Shown in pieces: positions 30,131 to 42,482 of a DNA stretch of 64,000 bases. The position numbers were made by a program, and so were the translations under genes. The DNA comes from Sulfurimonadaceae bacterium. GTDB taxonomy: Bacteria; Campylobacterota; Campylobacteria; Campylobacterales; Sulfurimonadaceae. The notes beneath the pieces were generated by a model, which was not told where the DNA came from, made no database searches, and saw only the letters and a program-made list of their open reading frames with translations. Positions within the stretch are counted from its first letter, which is position 1; each line of letters begins with the position of its first letter. Location: positions 32,001-96,000 of the forward strand of contig JBFFUI010000002.1 of NCBI GenBank assembly GCA_041571435.1. Reading direction: 5' to 3'.

Positions 30131-31669
30131 CTACTCCCATTCGATTGTTGCAGGCGGTTTGGAACTGATGTCGTAGACAACACGATTGATACCGTCAACC
30201 TCATTGATAATACGACGGGAAATGCGTTCCAAGAGGTCATGCGGAAGGTGAGCGAATGTCGCCGTCATACCGTCAACAGCTTCAACAACACGGACACAGA
30301 CCGTATTGTCATAGGTACGGTTATCACCCATAACACCGACCGATTTCACGTTCAGAAGTACAGCAAATGCCTGCCAGGTACGTGTATAGTAACCGCTTGC
30401 TTTAAGCTCGTCAAGCAAGATCACATCCGCTTCACGAAGAAGGTCAAGATCCGGCTGATTCACATCACCCATGATACGGATAGCCAGACCCGGTCCAGGG
30501 AACGGATGACGATTGATCATGCTCTCAGGAAGTCCAAGTTCAAGCCCCATCTTACGTACTTCATCTTTGAAAAGCTCTCGCAATGGCTCGATCAGTTCAA
30601 AGTCCATCCAGTCCGGCAGTCCGCCGACGTTGTGGTGTGACTTGATCACTTCAGACGGTCCGTTTACAGAAATCGACTCGATAACATCAGGGTATAGTGT
30701 TCCCTGTGCCAGGAACTTGATCCCTTCGTGTTTTTTCGCCTCTTTTTCAAACTCTTCGATGAAGGTGTGTCCGATGATCTTTCGTTTTGTCTCAGGATCA
30801 CTGACACCGGCCAGTTTGCCAAGGAAGTTATCAACGGCATCGACCGTGACCAAAGGCACTTTCAAGTTGATCTTGAAGACCTGTTCAACCTGTTCGCGCT
30901 CCCCTTTTCGTAAAAGACCATTGTCGACAAATACCGGGACCAACTGATCACCGATCGCCTCATACAGAAGCGCCGCGACAACAGAGGAGTCCACACCGCC
31001 GCTCAGGCCGCAAAGCACTTTGCCATCTCCCACTTTTTCACGGATGATCTGAATCTGCTCTTTCAGGAAGTGACCCATCTCCCACTTCTCTGTTACACCA
31101 CAGATCTTGCGTGCGAAGTTGCGAAGCATCAGGTAGCCCTCTTGCGAGTGGTTGACCTCCGGGTGGAACTGCATCGCATAAACACTCTTCTCAACATTTG
31201 CTATAGCCGCATACGGTGAGTTGGCAGAAACAGCGATCGGTGCAAAACCTTCCGGAAGCACATCGACCTTATCACTGTGGCTCATCCAGACCGTCGTGCC
31301 GTTGTCTACACCATCAAAAAGTGCGGATTCCTGCACCAGTTCGAGTTCAGCTTTGCCGTATTCGTGATGGTCTGAACGGATCACCGAACCGCCAAAATCC
31401 ACTGCAATACGCTGCATGCCGTAACAGATACCAAGCACAGGGATACCCATCGTATAGACCGCCTGATCTACCTCATAGGCATCTTCATTGTAAACCGAAG
31501 ACGGACCGCCGCTCAGGATCAGACCCTGCGGGTTTTTCGCCTTAATATCCTCAATAGAGGTGTGGTAAGGAAGGATCTCACAATAGATCTTCTCTTCGCG
31601 CATGCGACGCGCGATCAACTGTGTATACTGTGAACCAAAATCTAAAACGATAATACTGACATGTTTCAA
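30131..31669 (-). CDS. guaA: GMP synthase (glutamine-hydrolysing)
   Basis: DFGSQY, GICYGMQ, SGGVDS and KPPATIEWE motifs. Confidence 0.98.
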   Translation of the reverse strand: MKHVSIIVLDFGSQYTQLIARRMREEKIYCEILPYHTSIEDIKAKNPQGLILSGGPSSVYNEDAYEVDQAVYTMGIPVLGICYGMQRIAVDFGGSVIRSDHHEYGKAELELVQESALFDGVDNGTTVWMSHSDKVDVLPEGFAPIAVSANSPYAAIANVEKSVYAMQFHPEVNHSQEGYLMLRNFARKICGVTEKWEMGHFLKEQIQIIREKVGDGKVLCGLSGGVDSSVVAALLYEAIGDQLVPVFVDNGLLRKGEREQVEQVFKINLKVPLVTVDAVDNFLGKLAGVSDPETKRKIIGHTFIEEFEKEAKKHEGIKFLAQGTLYPDVIESISVNGPSEVIKSHHNVGGLPDWMDFELIEPLRELFKDEVRKMGLELGLPESMINRHPFPGPGLAIRIMGDVNQPDLDLLREADVILLDELKASGYYTRTWQAFAVLLNVKSVGVMGDNRTYDNTVCVRVVEAVDGMTATFAHLPHDLLERISRRIINEVDGINRVVYDISSKPPATIEWE

Positions 31670-31800
31670 GATGGGGCCTTTGTAAATAAATAGAGCAACT
31701 TTTTGCTCAAAATGAATATATGATTATACAAAAAAGAGTATTAATGAGGGGTGAATGTCAAAGGACTTATACGTTAAACGCATAAGATTAAACTTTTTAG

Positions 31801-33120
31801 CTAGTGCGGCAGGTACCAACCTAAGATCTGATACTGGACGTACCAGACTATAAGAGAAGCCACGTAACCTATCAAAATCGTCCAAGAGTACTTAAGGTGT
31901 GCACCAAAAGTGTAGATACCGCGCAGTCGTCCCATGACTCCCACACCTGCAGCAGATCCGAAACTGATCAATGAACCGCCGATTCCGGCCGTCATCGTTA
32001 CCAGCATCCACTGTGCAATATCCATCTCAGGACTAGCTTTTAAGATTGCACTCATCACCGGAACGTTGTCAACGATCGCCGAGAGGAAACCGACACCAAT
32101 ATTGGATGCGGTTGCACCGATCATGCCATAGAGGTCGTGTATATACGAAAGGAATCCCAAAAAGTGAAGCGCGCCCACCATCGTCAAGATACCGAAAAAG
32201 AAAAGAAGGGTATCGTTTTCAATTTTCTGCATATTCAGATAGATATCGAAGCTCTCTTTGCCTGCAGATTGCCGAAGTGTGTAGGAATAAAGTTTAAGCA
32301 CACCAAGACCGAACATCATTCCCCACATCGCCGGAAAATGAAAGAACTGGTGTCCCAATACAGCAGAAACGATGGTAAAAATGCCTAGAAATATGACCAC
32401 TTTACCACCATCTTTCATCACCGGAACATCATCACTCTCAGCATCAAAATGAGGTGCTCCGTCCGGTACAAACTTGCTTAACAAGAATGCCGTGATTACC
32501 CAGCCGAGCACAGAAGCAGGGAAGAGGAACAGGAAGTCGATAAACTCGCCTTTTTGCGCTGTCCATGCCATAAGGGTCGTAATATCACCGAACGGTGACC
32601 AGGCGCCGCCAGCATTGGCTGCAACGACGATATTAATCGCACCAGGGACCAGGAAAGCGATGTTCTTTTTATCAATTGTAAATAATACTGTTGAAAGGAT
32701 CAGGGCTGTTGTAAGGTTGTCCGCAACAGGAGAGATAAAAAAAGCAAGAAGCCCTGTCAACCAGAAAATTTTTCTATAGCTGTATCCTCTGGAGGTCAAG
32801 TTATACTTCATTACATCAAAAACACGACGTTCCAGCAGTGTCTCGATATACGTCATCGCGACGAGCAAGAAGAAGTAGATCTCAGCGATCTCAAGAATCA
32901 ACGTCGACATCTCATGATGCAGTGGCTCCGGATCCATACCGTTGATTGTAAAATAGATACCGATGAGCATAAACAGAAAAGCACCTGTGAAGAGTGCCGG
33001 TTTAGCCTTGTTGATCTCATATTTTTCTTCGGCTGCAATAAAATAATAGCCGATGATAAAGATAGCAAATGAGACAATACCAATCCAAGATGTGGTAAGG
33101 TCTAATGTTGGTTCGTGCAT
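31801..33120 (-). CDS. nhaD: Na+/H+ antiporter NhaD
   Basis: SPVADNLTT, AANAGGAWSPFGDITTLM and SAIVDNVP motifs. Confidence 0.93.
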   Translation of the reverse strand: MHEPTLDLTTSWIGIVSFAIFIIGYYFIAAEEKYEINKAKPALFTGAFLFMLIGIYFTINGMDPEPLHHEMSTLILEIAEIYFFLLVAMTYIETLLERRVFDVMKYNLTSRGYSYRKIFWLTGLLAFFISPVADNLTTALILSTVLFTIDKKNIAFLVPGAINIVVAANAGGAWSPFGDITTLMAWTAQKGEFIDFLFLFPASVLGWVITAFLLSKFVPDGAPHFDAESDDVPVMKDGGKVVIFLGIFTIVSAVLGHQFFHFPAMWGMMFGLGVLKLYSYTLRQSAGKESFDIYLNMQKIENDTLLFFFGILTMVGALHFLGFLSYIHDLYGMIGATASNIGVGFLSAIVDNVPVMSAILKASPEMDIAQWMLVTMTAGIGGSLISFGSAAGVGVMGRLRGIYTFGAHLKYSWTILIGYVASLIVWYVQYQILGWYLPH

Positions 33121-33129
33121 GAATATTCC

Positions 33130-34572
33130 TTAATTTTTACGATAATGTACGCCCACCGACTCAACTCTGTTAAGCGCCGATGTAACGATCTCTTTAGCAG
33201 TCAATAATCTGAGATATAGCATCCGACCGACTGTTTGTGAAAGCATACCATTAATCTCTTGTAAGACCTCATTAAGCCCCGCCTCTGTTCTGACAATAGA
33301 GACCTTGTCCCACATCAACCGGCGAAGACGATCTTTTTTTTCCTTGTCTTGCGGCAAATTCCATAAATACTCTATCGGCTCAAAATCCTTCGTACAAATG
33401 GCTACCTTGTCAACGGCAATGCTGTGTGCTGCACGCGCCGCAAAGACCAAACCTTCCAAGAGAGAGTTCGATGCCAAACGGTTCGCACCGTGCACACCCG
33501 TTGATGCCGCTTCGCCGACAGCATAAAGTCCTCTGATCTTCGGCACATGACCATTCAGATCCGTCTTGATGCCACCAATAGCGTAGTGGAATGCGGGCGA
33601 GATCGGGACCATGTCATGCGGCAGACTATATCCAAGAGATGAAAATTTGCTTTCTATATTCGGAAAGCGGTGTTTAAAGTAGCTGTATTCAAACGTTTTG
33701 AATGAAAGATAGACCTGTTTGCCTGTCTTTTGAGCATAATCGAAAATAGCCCGGCTGACAATATCGCGTGGTGCCATCTCGCCACGTTCATCATAATCAA
33801 ATAGAAAACGATAGCCAAGATCATCCACGATCTGGGCTCCTTCACCGCGAAGTGCTTCGGTCAGAAGTTGCTTTTGGGCTGTCACATCATCGACATAGAC
33901 GGTTGGATGGAACTGCAACATCTCCATATTTTCAAGTTCAATGCCTTTTTCGAGACAGATACCGTGAAGTTCACCGCTGATGCTTGAAGCATTGGTATGA
34001 TATTCAAAGAGCGCTCCGACACCACCACTGGCGATCACGACAGCATCGGCCGTGATCTTCTTGCGCTCGCCTCCGTGCATAACGACTATCCCGCAGACCT
34101 GGTCCGCTTCTAGCAAAAGATCGATGACGATCGCATTTTCCATCATAGGATGCGGGTTTTTTTCAAGCAAGAAGTGGTGAAGGTAACGCCCTGTCGCATC
34201 CCCACCGGCATGCAAAATGCGCTTTTGCGAATGCGCTGCCTCCTGGGTGTAGAGCAGTTCACCGTTCTCATCAGCATCAAACTTAAACCCGCGTCGTATC
34301 AGGTCATGGATCACATCTTGGGAGTTTTTGCTTAAGACTTCAACGGCCTCTTTGTTACAGAGTCCTGCACCGGCGTCAAGGGTGTCTTTGATGTGTACAG
34401 CAATATCAGCATCGTCTTTTGCTGTCGTCACACCGCCCTGCGCATAGAAGGTATTGCACTCCCAGGGGTGCGCTTTATTGACAATGAGGACTTTTTTATC
34501 TTTTGGTATGTTCATCGCCGTATACAAACCGGCGATACCGGCTCCGACGATCACAACGTCATAATGTATCAT
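33130..34572 (-). CDS. nadB: L-aspartate oxidase
   Basis: AQGGV, EAAHS, QFHPT, EALRGEG and GVHGANRLASNSLLEG motifs. Confidence 0.93.
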   Translation of the reverse strand: MIHYDVVIVGAGIAGLYTAMNIPKDKKVLIVNKAHPWECNTFYAQGGVTTAKDDADIAVHIKDTLDAGAGLCNKEAVEVLSKNSQDVIHDLIRRGFKFDADENGELLYTQEAAHSQKRILHAGGDATGRYLHHFLLEKNPHPMMENAIVIDLLLEADQVCGIVVMHGGERKKITADAVVIASGGVGALFEYHTNASSISGELHGICLEKGIELENMEMLQFHPTVYVDDVTAQKQLLTEALRGEGAQIVDDLGYRFLFDYDERGEMAPRDIVSRAIFDYAQKTGKQVYLSFKTFEYSYFKHRFPNIESKFSSLGYSLPHDMVPISPAFHYAIGGIKTDLNGHVPKIRGLYAVGEAASTGVHGANRLASNSLLEGLVFAARAAHSIAVDKVAICTKDFEPIEYLWNLPQDKEKKDRLRRLMWDKVSIVRTEAGLNEVLQEINGMLSQTVGRMLYLRLLTAKEIVTSALNRVESVGVHYRKN

Positions 34573-34577
34573 ATCGT

Positions 34578-34697
34578 CTACTTCGCTTGTTCAGACGGCG
34601 CGTAGAAGGGGTCGTCTTTATAGCCGCAGCCTGCTAAAGTTAATAAGCTAACTGTTATAATCACTGCATGAAAAACTCGGCTCAGGTTCTCTCTCAT
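34578..34697 (-). CDS. Small lipoprotein, 39 aa ([39 protein letters not shown]), LptM/YifL-like; not in the ORF track
   Basis: Translated by hand: hydrophobic stretch, LAGC lipobox, CGYKxxPxY; stop lies 5 nt before the nadB start. Confidence 0.7.
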   Translation of the reverse strand: MRENLSRVFHAVIITVSLLTLAGCGYKDDPFYAPSEQAK

Positions 34698-35117
34698 ATC
34701 GTTAATCAACCCCAATATAAAAAATTGGCGCAACACCAGTGTATCGCTGCCATCAAATCGTTACTGCCACCGCACTTACAGACGATGATCTCATTTGCTT
34801 ACGTCAAGCATAAAGTGCTCTATTTTGTTCTTAGCCATCCCGGCGCTAAACAAGAGTTCGATATTATCATCGCTTCAATTAAAACGCCTTTAAAACTTCA
34901 TCCGCCTCAAAAGTGCCAGGAACTGGATTTCGACGATATCCGCGCCTATGTTTCACACAAGCCGCTGCAAAAAGAGGCCGTGTTTGAGAGAGAGACAGTG
35001 CCCCTTTATCAAGAACAGTCCGACGGAAGTTTTGAAAACAGTGTAAAAGACAAGAAGCTTCATGACATCATCGAAAAGATACGAAAGGTAATTGAGAACG
35101 CTTCTGATGATAGATAA
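34668..35117 (+). CDS. Hypothetical protein, DUF721/DciA-like
   Basis: [22 protein letters not shown] resembles the DUF721 core; overlaps the uvrC start; TGtTATAAT lies 6 nt before the ATG. Confidence 0.6.
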   Translation: MKNSAQVLSHIVNQPQYKKLAQHQCIAAIKSLLPPHLQTMISFAYVKHKVLYFVLSHPGAKQEFDIIIASIKTPLKLHPPQKCQELDFDDIRAYVSHKPLQKEAVFERETVPLYQEQSDGSFENSVKDKKLHDIIEKIRKVIENASDDR

Positions 35118-36903
35118 AATCAAAAACCTCCCCAAGTCACCCGGTATCTACCAATACTTCGACAAAAACGGCAGACTGCTCTATATCGGCAAGGCAAAGA
35201 ATCTCTACAATCGCGTCAAGAGCTATTTTCTTTTTACCCCGACACTGCGTCCGAACAACCGCCTTTCTCCCCGTATTGTCAAGATGCTGAGCGAAACGGA
35301 AACATTGCACTACATTGTTGTCCAAAGTGAACATGATGCACTTATCCTTGAAAACTCACTCATCAAGCAGCTCAAACCCAAATACAACATCCTTCTTCGT
35401 GATGATAAAACCTACCCCTATATCTATATCAACAGGGATGAGCCCTACCCGCGATTTGAGATCACGCGAAAGGTATTAAAAGGCAAAAATATCCAATATT
35501 TCGGTCCCTATTCGGTTGGCGCACGCGACATCCTGGACTCCGTCTATGAACTGTGCAAACTGGTCCAGAAAAAAAGCTGTTTGAACGGTAAAAAAGCCTG
35601 CCTCTATTACCAGATGGAGATGTGTCTTGCCCCCTGCGAAAAAGAGGTTTCCAAAGCGCAGTACCAAGCGGTCGTGGACGAAGCGGTCAACTACATCGAG
35701 AACAAAAAAGTGCTAATTGAAAAGCTGGCAGAAAAAATGGCCTTTTATGCCGAAAACCTTCGTTTTGAAGAAGCGGGAGCACTTCGTGACCGCATAGAAC
35801 GCATTGCAAAAAGTGAACTTGTCTCACAGATCGACCTTGCTTCGACGGAAGCTTATGATGTCTTTGCCATCAGCTATAATGAGCAGCGCGCTGCCATCGT
35901 TCGTCTATTTATGCGCTCGGGCAAAGTCATCTCCTCTTCGCACGACTTCATCAACCTCAATAGCGGTTTCGACATCGATGAAGCCTACGAACGTGCCATC
36001 GTTGAGTTTTATGGGCATGACAAACCGCCAGTCGTCGCACCGATCCTGATTGCCCACGACTTTTCCGAAAAAATGCTTGTGCAGGAGCACCTCTCGCTTC
36101 TTTTCGGAAAAAAAGCACAGATTACCTCTCCGCAACGCGGCAGTAAAAAGCGTTTGACAGAGCTGGCGCTGGCCAATGCATCTGAACTGCTGCGACAGAA
36201 GAGGGAGAGCTCTACAGAACAGGTCGCAAAACAGCTCAAAGAGCTCTTGTCGCTTGAGTCCGTACCCCGTAGAATCGAAGCCTTTGACAACTCGCATATG
36301 GCTGGCGAGGCAACTGTCGGCGGTATGATTACCTTTGACGGTGACGACTTCGACAAGTCAGGATATCGTCACTACCATCTGGAAGCGCGTGACGAATACG
36401 GGCAGATGAAGGAGACACTGTCACGTCGTATCAACAGTTTTGAGGAAAACCCTCCACCCGATCTTTGGCTTATTGATGGCGGTACGACCCTGCTCTCACT
36501 GGCTAAAGACCTTCTTGACTCAGCCGGTGTCAATCTTGATGTTATCGCCATCTCAAAAGAGAAGATCGATGCTAAATCACACCGGGCGAAAGGGCGTGCG
36601 CACGACCAGCTCCATAGCGTTCACGAAAGCTTTAAACTCTCTCCTACCGACAAACGCCTGCAGTGGATGCAGCGCCTTCGTGATGAAGCACACCGCTATG
36701 CCATCACCTTTCATAAAAAGACCAAATTAAAACGCGATCAGGAGTCAAAACTTCTGAACACACACGGTATTTCTCAGGCAAAAGTGAAGAAACTTCTGCA
36801 GCACTTTGGTACATTTGAAGCCATAAAAAGTGCTACTGAAAGTGAAATTGCAGCCATCCTGAACCAAAGTGATGCAAAAAAAATCAAGTTGATATCCAAA
36901 TAA
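35107..36903 (+). CDS. uvrC: Excinuclease ABC subunit C
   Basis: GIY-YIG (PGIYQY...YIGKAKNL), [20 protein letters not shown] and HhH motifs. Confidence 0.97.
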   Translation: MIDKIKNLPKSPGIYQYFDKNGRLLYIGKAKNLYNRVKSYFLFTPTLRPNNRLSPRIVKMLSETETLHYIVVQSEHDALILENSLIKQLKPKYNILLRDDKTYPYIYINRDEPYPRFEITRKVLKGKNIQYFGPYSVGARDILDSVYELCKLVQKKSCLNGKKACLYYQMEMCLAPCEKEVSKAQYQAVVDEAVNYIENKKVLIEKLAEKMAFYAENLRFEEAGALRDRIERIAKSELVSQIDLASTEAYDVFAISYNEQRAAIVRLFMRSGKVISSSHDFINLNSGFDIDEAYERAIVEFYGHDKPPVVAPILIAHDFSEKMLVQEHLSLLFGKKAQITSPQRGSKKRLTELALANASELLRQKRESSTEQVAKQLKELLSLESVPRRIEAFDNSHMAGEATVGGMITFDGDDFDKSGYRHYHLEARDEYGQMKETLSRRINSFEENPPPDLWLIDGGTTLLSLAKDLLDSAGVNLDVIAISKEKIDAKSHRAKGRAHDQLHSVHESFKLSPTDKRLQWMQRLRDEAHRYAITFHKKTKLKRDQESKLLNTHGISQAKVKKLLQHFGTFEAIKSATESEIAAILNQSDAKKIKLISK

Positions 36904-37042
36904 GTTATATTTGCTTTTAATTATGATATATTTACCCACAACTCCCGAAAACTTGGGAATCTTTAAAAATTTTAACTATTTAAGTTTTTGAAGGTTTCCA
37001 ATTAATCAATGAGTATCAAATGAAATATAGAGGTTCTAAAAC

Positions 37043-37456
37043 ATGGAAAGACCTGAAGCAATTGATGAAGAACATATCTTTGAAGGCCGTGCGATCATCA
37101 GTCAAACTGACACGAAAGGTGTCATAACGTTCGCAAATCGTAAGTTCTGTGAAATTTCTGGCTATACGGCGAATGAACTTAAAGGACAACCTCACAATAT
37201 CATTCGACATCCCGATATGCCTAAAGCCGCATTTGCGCAGATGTGGGAGACGATCCAAGGCGGCCAATCATGGCACGGTATCGTTAAAAACCTGCGAAAA
37301 GACGGTCTCTATTACTGGGTTGAGACAGAGATCACACCTATTCGTGACAGCGATGACAACATCACAGGTTATATTGCTGCCCGTAAACCGGCCAGCCGTA
37401 AAAACATTGATGAAGTCTCACAGACCTACAAATTAATGTTAGACAAAGAGAAATAA
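37043..37456 (+). CDS. Stand-alone Aer/CetB-type PAS domain protein
   Basis: SQTDTKGVITFAN, GQPHNIIRHPDMP and W...VKNLRKDG.YYWV FAD-PAS signature. Confidence 0.9.
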   Translation: MERPEAIDEEHIFEGRAIISQTDTKGVITFANRKFCEISGYTANELKGQPHNIIRHPDMPKAAFAQMWETIQGGQSWHGIVKNLRKDGLYYWVETEITPIRDSDDNITGYIAARKPASRKNIDEVSQTYKLMLDKEK

Positions 37457-37466
37457 AGGATACTAT

Positions 37467-39170
37467 GTGCTAATTTACGACCATAATAAAGAATTTATCG
37501 GTATTGATCAAGAGGGGCTTAAGCTTCTCGGTTATGAACGTTTTGAGGACCTTATCCACGAGCACAAAGATGTTGCCGAACTCTTTGTTAAAAAACCGGG
37601 TTATATCCACAACTTCACCAACTTTCCATGGATTGATTTTGTACTTCATGCCGAAACGGATGACAACAAAGTCATCATTGCAGGCAGAAACAAAGCTTTT
37701 TCTGCAACAATCGAAATTGTGCCTCTCTACCTCAAAAAGGTACCCGATGAAGCAGCCTTTTTAATCAAGCTGAAAAACGTTCAAAACTATCACCTCGATG
37801 ATTCGGAACGCCCTGCACCTTCAGCAACACCGATGGACCTGGAGACCAAAGCGTTTAACAGACCTCCGGAAGCACCGCCGAAAGCGGCTGAACCAGCACC
37901 GTTCGTTGCGCCTGAACCGGAACCGTTCGTTGCGCCTGAACCGGAACCGTTCGTTGCACCTGAACCGGAGCGGGCACCACTTACCTTTGACGATGATATC
38001 TTCATCCAGGACGAAGAGCCTGCACCAACAGCCGAGGCACCGAAATCTGAAGCACCGGCTGAAGAGGAACTTGATATCTTCTTCCATGAAGAAGAAGTCG
38101 AGGAAGTTCCACAGGTAGAAGTTGCCCCGCAGATTCCTGTTCAAGAACAGTCTGTTTTTGACACCATCAAAGAAGAGCCGAAAGGCAAGCCGATGCTCGG
38201 TGCCTACCTGAGCGAAGAGGATAAAGAGTATCTTGCCAACCTGGAGATAGGTGATGACTACCACTATGATCCGCAGATCGCAGCAGATGAACTTGGACTT
38301 CCGGTTGACCTTATTGAAGAGTTTATCGGTGACTTTATCAAACAGGCACATGAGTTTAAAGACCAACTTTTTACAGCCATCGGCAATGAAGACTTTGACA
38401 ACATCAAAGTCCTTTCGCACAAGCTCAAAGGTGTTGCCGCCAATCTTCGTATAGAGGATTCATTTGAGGTGCTTCGCAACGTCAATGAGACGGCTGACAT
38501 CAAAGAGTGTGAAGCAAATCTTAAAAAGTTCTATATGATTATCGCCAAGCTCGAAGGCAAAGACCTTGTAGAGGCACAAATGGAGCTCGAGCAGCCTAAA
38601 CAAGCAGCAGAAGAGCTCTACGATATGACACCTAAGCATCTGGATCTGCCTGAACTCGAAGAGACTGAAGCTTCAGCACAACCCGTCACACTTGAAACAC
38701 CATATCAAGATACAAGACCGACAGCAGCTGCTGAGGACAGTTCCGATATCTATGATTTTGGTCTGATCGCCGAAGAGGGTAGTGCACCGCTTGTCGTGCA
38801 GGATAATGAAGAAGAGATCATTGCTGACCTGCAAAACTTTGAAGCTGATGAAAAAGCTGTAGAGGTACCGGTGCTTACCTATGATATCAACATCGCAGCA
38901 GGCGAGATCGGGCTAAGCGCCGATCTTGTCAGTGCACTTATAGATGATTATATTGTCGAAGCCAATGAGATGAAAAACACATTAAACGAAGTGATCGCAT
39001 CAGCGGATGTTATGCGCTGGAAAGGATACGCTACACAACTCAAAGGGGTAAGTGACAATTTACGTATCAAAGAGATATCCGACGTACTTCAAAAATTGAT
39101 TACAGCTACCGACCAGAACCAAGCCAAAACAGCCATGCAAGAGTTTTACGGCTTTATTAACCAACTTTAA
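37467..39170 (+). CDS. Acidic protein with N-terminal PAS-like region and two Hpt-like domains
   Basis: First Hpt [13 protein letters not shown]; second [13 protein letters not shown] lacks the His; long E/P-rich linkers. Confidence 0.8.
   Translation: MLIYDHNKEFIGIDQEGLKLLGYERFEDLIHEHKDVAELFVKKPGYIHNFTNFPWIDFVLHAETDDNKVIIAGRNKAFSATIEIVPLYLKKVPDEAAFLIKLKNVQNYHLDDSERPAPSATPMDLETKAFNRPPEAPPKAAEPAPFVAPEPEPFVAPEPEPFVAPEPERAPLTFDDDIFIQDEEPAPTAEAPKSEAPAEEELDIFFHEEEVEEVPQVEVAPQIPVQEQSVFDTIKEEPKGKPMLGAYLSEEDKEYLANLEIGDDYHYDPQIAADELGLPVDLIEEFIGDFIKQAHEFKDQLFTAIGNEDFDNIKVLSHKLKGVAANLRIEDSFEVLRNVNETADIKECEANLKKFYMIIAKLEGKDLVEAQMELEQPKQAAEELYDMTPKHLDLPELEETEASAQPVTLETPYQDTRPTAAAEDSSDIYDFGLIAEEGSAPLVVQDNEEEIIADLQNFEADEKAVEVPVLTYDINIAAGEIGLSADLVSALIDDYIVEANEMKNTLNEVIASADVMRWKGYATQLKGVSDNLRIKEISDVLQKLITATDQNQAKTAMQEFYGFINQL
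37898..37969 (+). repeat. 3 x 24-bp in-frame tandem repeat (PFVAPEPE)
   Basis: accgttcgttgcgcctgaaccgga repeated three times, one mismatch in copy 3. Confidence 0.95.
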
Positions 39171-39184
39171 CAGGAGTTACGACA

Positions 39185-42100
39185 ATGATAGCACTTAAAA
39201 ATAGATTGCGACTGATCAGTCTCTTTCCGATTCTGATCCTCTTCTCTCTAGCAAGTTATTACGTATATACAGCATATACAAGTTACCAGGCCGCAAAAGT
39301 ATTGCAGGCAAAACTGGACGAAAACGTCTATTTGAATGATCTGATTCGTAACCTTTCTCGTGAACGCGGTATGACGGTCATGTATCTGGGTAACCAATCA
39401 GACACAACTAAAAAATCACTGATCGCGCAGCGTGATATCGTTGATGAGAAGCTAGCCGCATTTGACCAGCACCTTTCAAATAACGCTCTTTTGCATGACC
39501 ACACTGCAAATGTTGAGTGTATGGCATGTAAAAGTCAAAAAACCATTGATGACCTCTTTAAGATCATTAAAGAGAATCGTCCAAATGTAGATGCCGGAGA
39601 ACTCGACTTTGAAGACATCTATTCATCGGTCTATGGTGTCGCAGAAACCGAGGTATTGAATGAACTTCGTACCATTGGAGCCTTTAAAGTCGACCCTGAA
39701 ATTGCATCACTTGCAACAGCCTACATCAACATCCTTGATGCAAATCACTTTACCGGTGACGAGCGGGACTTTATCAGTTACGCCCTCGCCCGTGCCACCA
39801 AGTTCGATGCAGAAGAGTTGAATGTCTGGATTACCCTGATTGGTAAAGCTGACTCGATCGACTATGGCGGTATCCAAAACCCTGAAGTCAAAACAGCGCT
39901 TGAGGCACTCTTTGAAGATGAAGACAATGCGGAGCTTTTTGAAGATATTACTACGGAACGTGCAGAGATCATGCAGGCCGTCAATGATGGTCTATACTCG
40001 ACAGAGTCAGGTATCTGGTTTACAATGCTTTCTGAAAAGACCAATCTTCTTTCAGATGCCGAAGCACTGATCATTGATGCAATGGCTGACCGTTCATTCA
40101 CTGTTCAGCAAAACGCTATTCAGGTCCTTGCTATCTCTATTGCTATCTGGGTAGCATCCCTTCTTCTTGCATTCCTTGCGATCGTACTGTCAAACGATAT
40201 TGCACGTAATATCAAAAACCTTGAATCTGTCCTTAACCGTGTTGCAGAAGATACGTCTGAGGAAGAGGGTCTTGCACACAAAATCAACCTTGACACATCA
40301 GACGGTACTGCGCAGGCCTACGCCCTTCTTGAAAGCGTCATCGATCAGACCAAACTGGAGTCTGCAAAAGCTATGGAGGCCTCTGAGGCCAAATCGATGT
40401 TCCTTGCCAACATGTCACATGAGATCCGTACGCCGCTTAACGGTATTGTTGGGTTTACCGAACTTCTTAAAGATACCGATCTGCAAGAAGAGCAGCGTGA
40501 GTTTATTGACATTATTGAGAAAAGTTCCGAAAATCTTCTTGAGATCATCAATAACATTCTTGACCTCTCTAAAATTGAGAGCAATAAACTTGAGATCGAA
40601 GAGATCGTCTTCAACCCGATTGAAGAGTTTGAATCTGCTGTTGATGTCTACGCCGTACGTGCTTCTGAAAAACATATCGACCTTGGTTGTTATATCGATC
40701 CTCAACTTGAACGCCCTATTAAAGGTGACCCTACAAAAATTAAAGAGATCGTCATCAACCTTCTCTCTAATGCAGTCAAATTTACAAGTACTGGCGGTAG
40801 TATCAATGTTGATATCCGTAGAATCGAAACTGATGTACCTGGCCGTGCGCGTATCCGATTCTCGGTAGAAGACAGTGGTATCGGTGTAACCGCAGAACAA
40901 AAAGCAAACATCTTCGAAGCCTTTGGCCAAGCCGATGTATCCACATCACGTAAATATGGCGGTACAGGTCTTGGTCTTACGATTTCCAGCCGCTTTGTTG
41001 AACTGATGGGTGGAAAGCTTGATCTTGAAAGTGAACCGGGACACGGTACAACCTTCTTCTTCGAACTGGAATTTGAAGAGATCGAAACACTCAATGAATC
41101 CATCAGTGGTACGTTCAGTTACATCAATGCATTGATTCTGGTTTCAGATACCAAGACAAAACGTCAAGAGATCTACCTTAAAGAGTACCTTGACTTCTAC
41201 GGGGTAAGCTATACAACGTTCAAAGACATCTCTGAACTTCAGAAACATGAACGTCAGATCAATTACGATATGTTGTTTGTTGATTATGACTACACCACGC
41301 CAGCTGCTATTGAAGAATTTGCTAAAACACAAGAAGAACTTGTCCTGGTGACCAAATCATACTACATGAAGAAAATCGACTCGATGGGTCTTGATATCTT
41401 TAAAGTCATGTATGAGCCTTTACATGGATCGAAAATCAAAACGGCACTTGAGTCATTTGACCTCGAATCATTTAACAACAAAAAAGCGCAGAAGATCCGC
41501 CATAAGAAATTTGATGCAGCCACATCTAAATTTAATGCAAAAGCCCTTGTTGCAGAAGACAATATTATTAACCAGAAACTGATCCGCCGTACCCTTGAGG
41601 ATATGGGACTTGATATCACTGTTGCGAACAATGGTCTTGAAGCCTTTGAAAAACGCAAAAACGGTGATTATGATGTCATCTTCATGGATATTCAGATGCC
41701 GGTACTTGACGGTATGGAAGCGACACAAGAGATCCTTGATTATGAAGAGGACTTTGAAATTCCGCATATCCCGATCATCGCGCTGACAGCAAATGCCCTT
41801 AAAGGTGACCGTGAACGTTTCATGGGTGCAGGTATGGATGAGTATACCACTAAACCTCTTGTCCGTACAGAACTTACGTCACTCCTTAGCCACTTCCTTG
41901 CACACAAGATTGTGGACATCGCTGACCTTGAGAAGAAGACAGAGGAACCGGCTGCTGCAGCACCGGCAAAACCGGCACCAGCTAAACCGGCACCAGCTCA
42001 GCCGGCACCAGTTCAACCAGCAGCAGTTCAACCAGCAGCACCGGTTGTTGAAGCGCCGACTGCAGCACCGACAGCGCTCGCAACACCGGCTGCACCACAA

Positions 42101-42469
42101 CCGGCTGCAGAAGCGAAGCGACTTGACATCATACTGGCTAAGAAAAGTCCTATTGAGACAAAACTCTTTTCAATGCTGCTAGATGAATTGAAACTTGATT
42201 TCAACACTTCAGCCTCATTTAACACATTGATCGAAGATCTCAAAACGAAAAACCCTAGTGTGATTCTGATCGACAAAGAGATGCCTGGCATCGATTACAC
42301 GCTCTTGAAAAATACTGTTAACAGTCTTCCAAAGAAAACATCTATCGTTATGATGGTTGATCCGGCAGCGCGCGAGAACACTGAGCACAATGAAATTGCC
42401 GATGAGATTATTAACAACCTTGTCAACAAAGACCTATTACGTTTGATCGTAGAGAAATATACAAAATAA
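39185..42469 (+). CDS. Hybrid sensor histidine kinase: periplasmic NIT-like domain, HisKA, HATPase, one canonical and two degenerate receiver domains
   Basis: Two TM helices; LSRERGM (NIT-like); [36 protein letters not shown]...FMDIQMP...KP. Confidence 0.9.
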   Translation: MIALKNRLRLISLFPILILFSLASYYVYTAYTSYQAAKVLQAKLDENVYLNDLIRNLSRERGMTVMYLGNQSDTTKKSLIAQRDIVDEKLAAFDQHLSNNALLHDHTANVECMACKSQKTIDDLFKIIKENRPNVDAGELDFEDIYSSVYGVAETEVLNELRTIGAFKVDPEIASLATAYINILDANHFTGDERDFISYALARATKFDAEELNVWITLIGKADSIDYGGIQNPEVKTALEALFEDEDNAELFEDITTERAEIMQAVNDGLYSTESGIWFTMLSEKTNLLSDAEALIIDAMADRSFTVQQNAIQVLAISIAIWVASLLLAFLAIVLSNDIARNIKNLESVLNRVAEDTSEEEGLAHKINLDTSDGTAQAYALLESVIDQTKLESAKAMEASEAKSMFLANMSHEIRTPLNGIVGFTELLKDTDLQEEQREFIDIIEKSSENLLEIINNILDLSKIESNKLEIEEIVFNPIEEFESAVDVYAVRASEKHIDLGCYIDPQLERPIKGDPTKIKEIVINLLSNAVKFTSTGGSINVDIRRIETDVPGRARIRFSVEDSGIGVTAEQKANIFEAFGQADVSTSRKYGGTGLGLTISSRFVELMGGKLDLESEPGHGTTFFFELEFEEIETLNESISGTFSYINALILVSDTKTKRQEIYLKEYLDFYGVSYTTFKDISELQKHERQINYDMLFVDYDYTTPAAIEEFAKTQEELVLVTKSYYMKKIDSMGLDIFKVMYEPLHGSKIKTALESFDLESFNNKKAQKIRHKKFDAATSKFNAKALVAEDNIINQKLIRRTLEDMGLDITVANNGLEAFEKRKNGDYDVIFMDIQMPVLDGMEATQEILDYEEDFEIPHIPIIALTANALKGDRERFMGAGMDEYTTKPLVRTELTSLLSHFLAHKIVDIADLEKKTEEPAAAAPAKPAPAKPAPAQPAPVQPAAVQPAAPVVEAPTAAPTALATPAAPQPAAEAKRLDIILAKKSPIETKLFSMLLDELKLDFNTSASFNTLIEDLKTKNPSVILIDKEMPGIDYTLLKNTVNSLPKKTSIVMMVDPAARENTEHNEIADEIINNLVNKDLLRLIVEKYTK
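41972..42043 (+). repeat. Degenerate 15-bp tandem repeat ([20 protein letters not shown] linker)
   Basis: ccggcaccagctaaa, ccggcaccagctcag, ccggcaccagttcaa, ccagcagcagttcaa, plus a partial fifth copy. Confidence 0.85.
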
Positions 42470-42482
42470 AGGGATATAAAAA

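Noticed and set aside
37898-37969. 24-bp direct repeats as a possible CRISPR array
   Set aside because: Contiguous, no spacers, in frame within a CDS, and no cas genes in the window.
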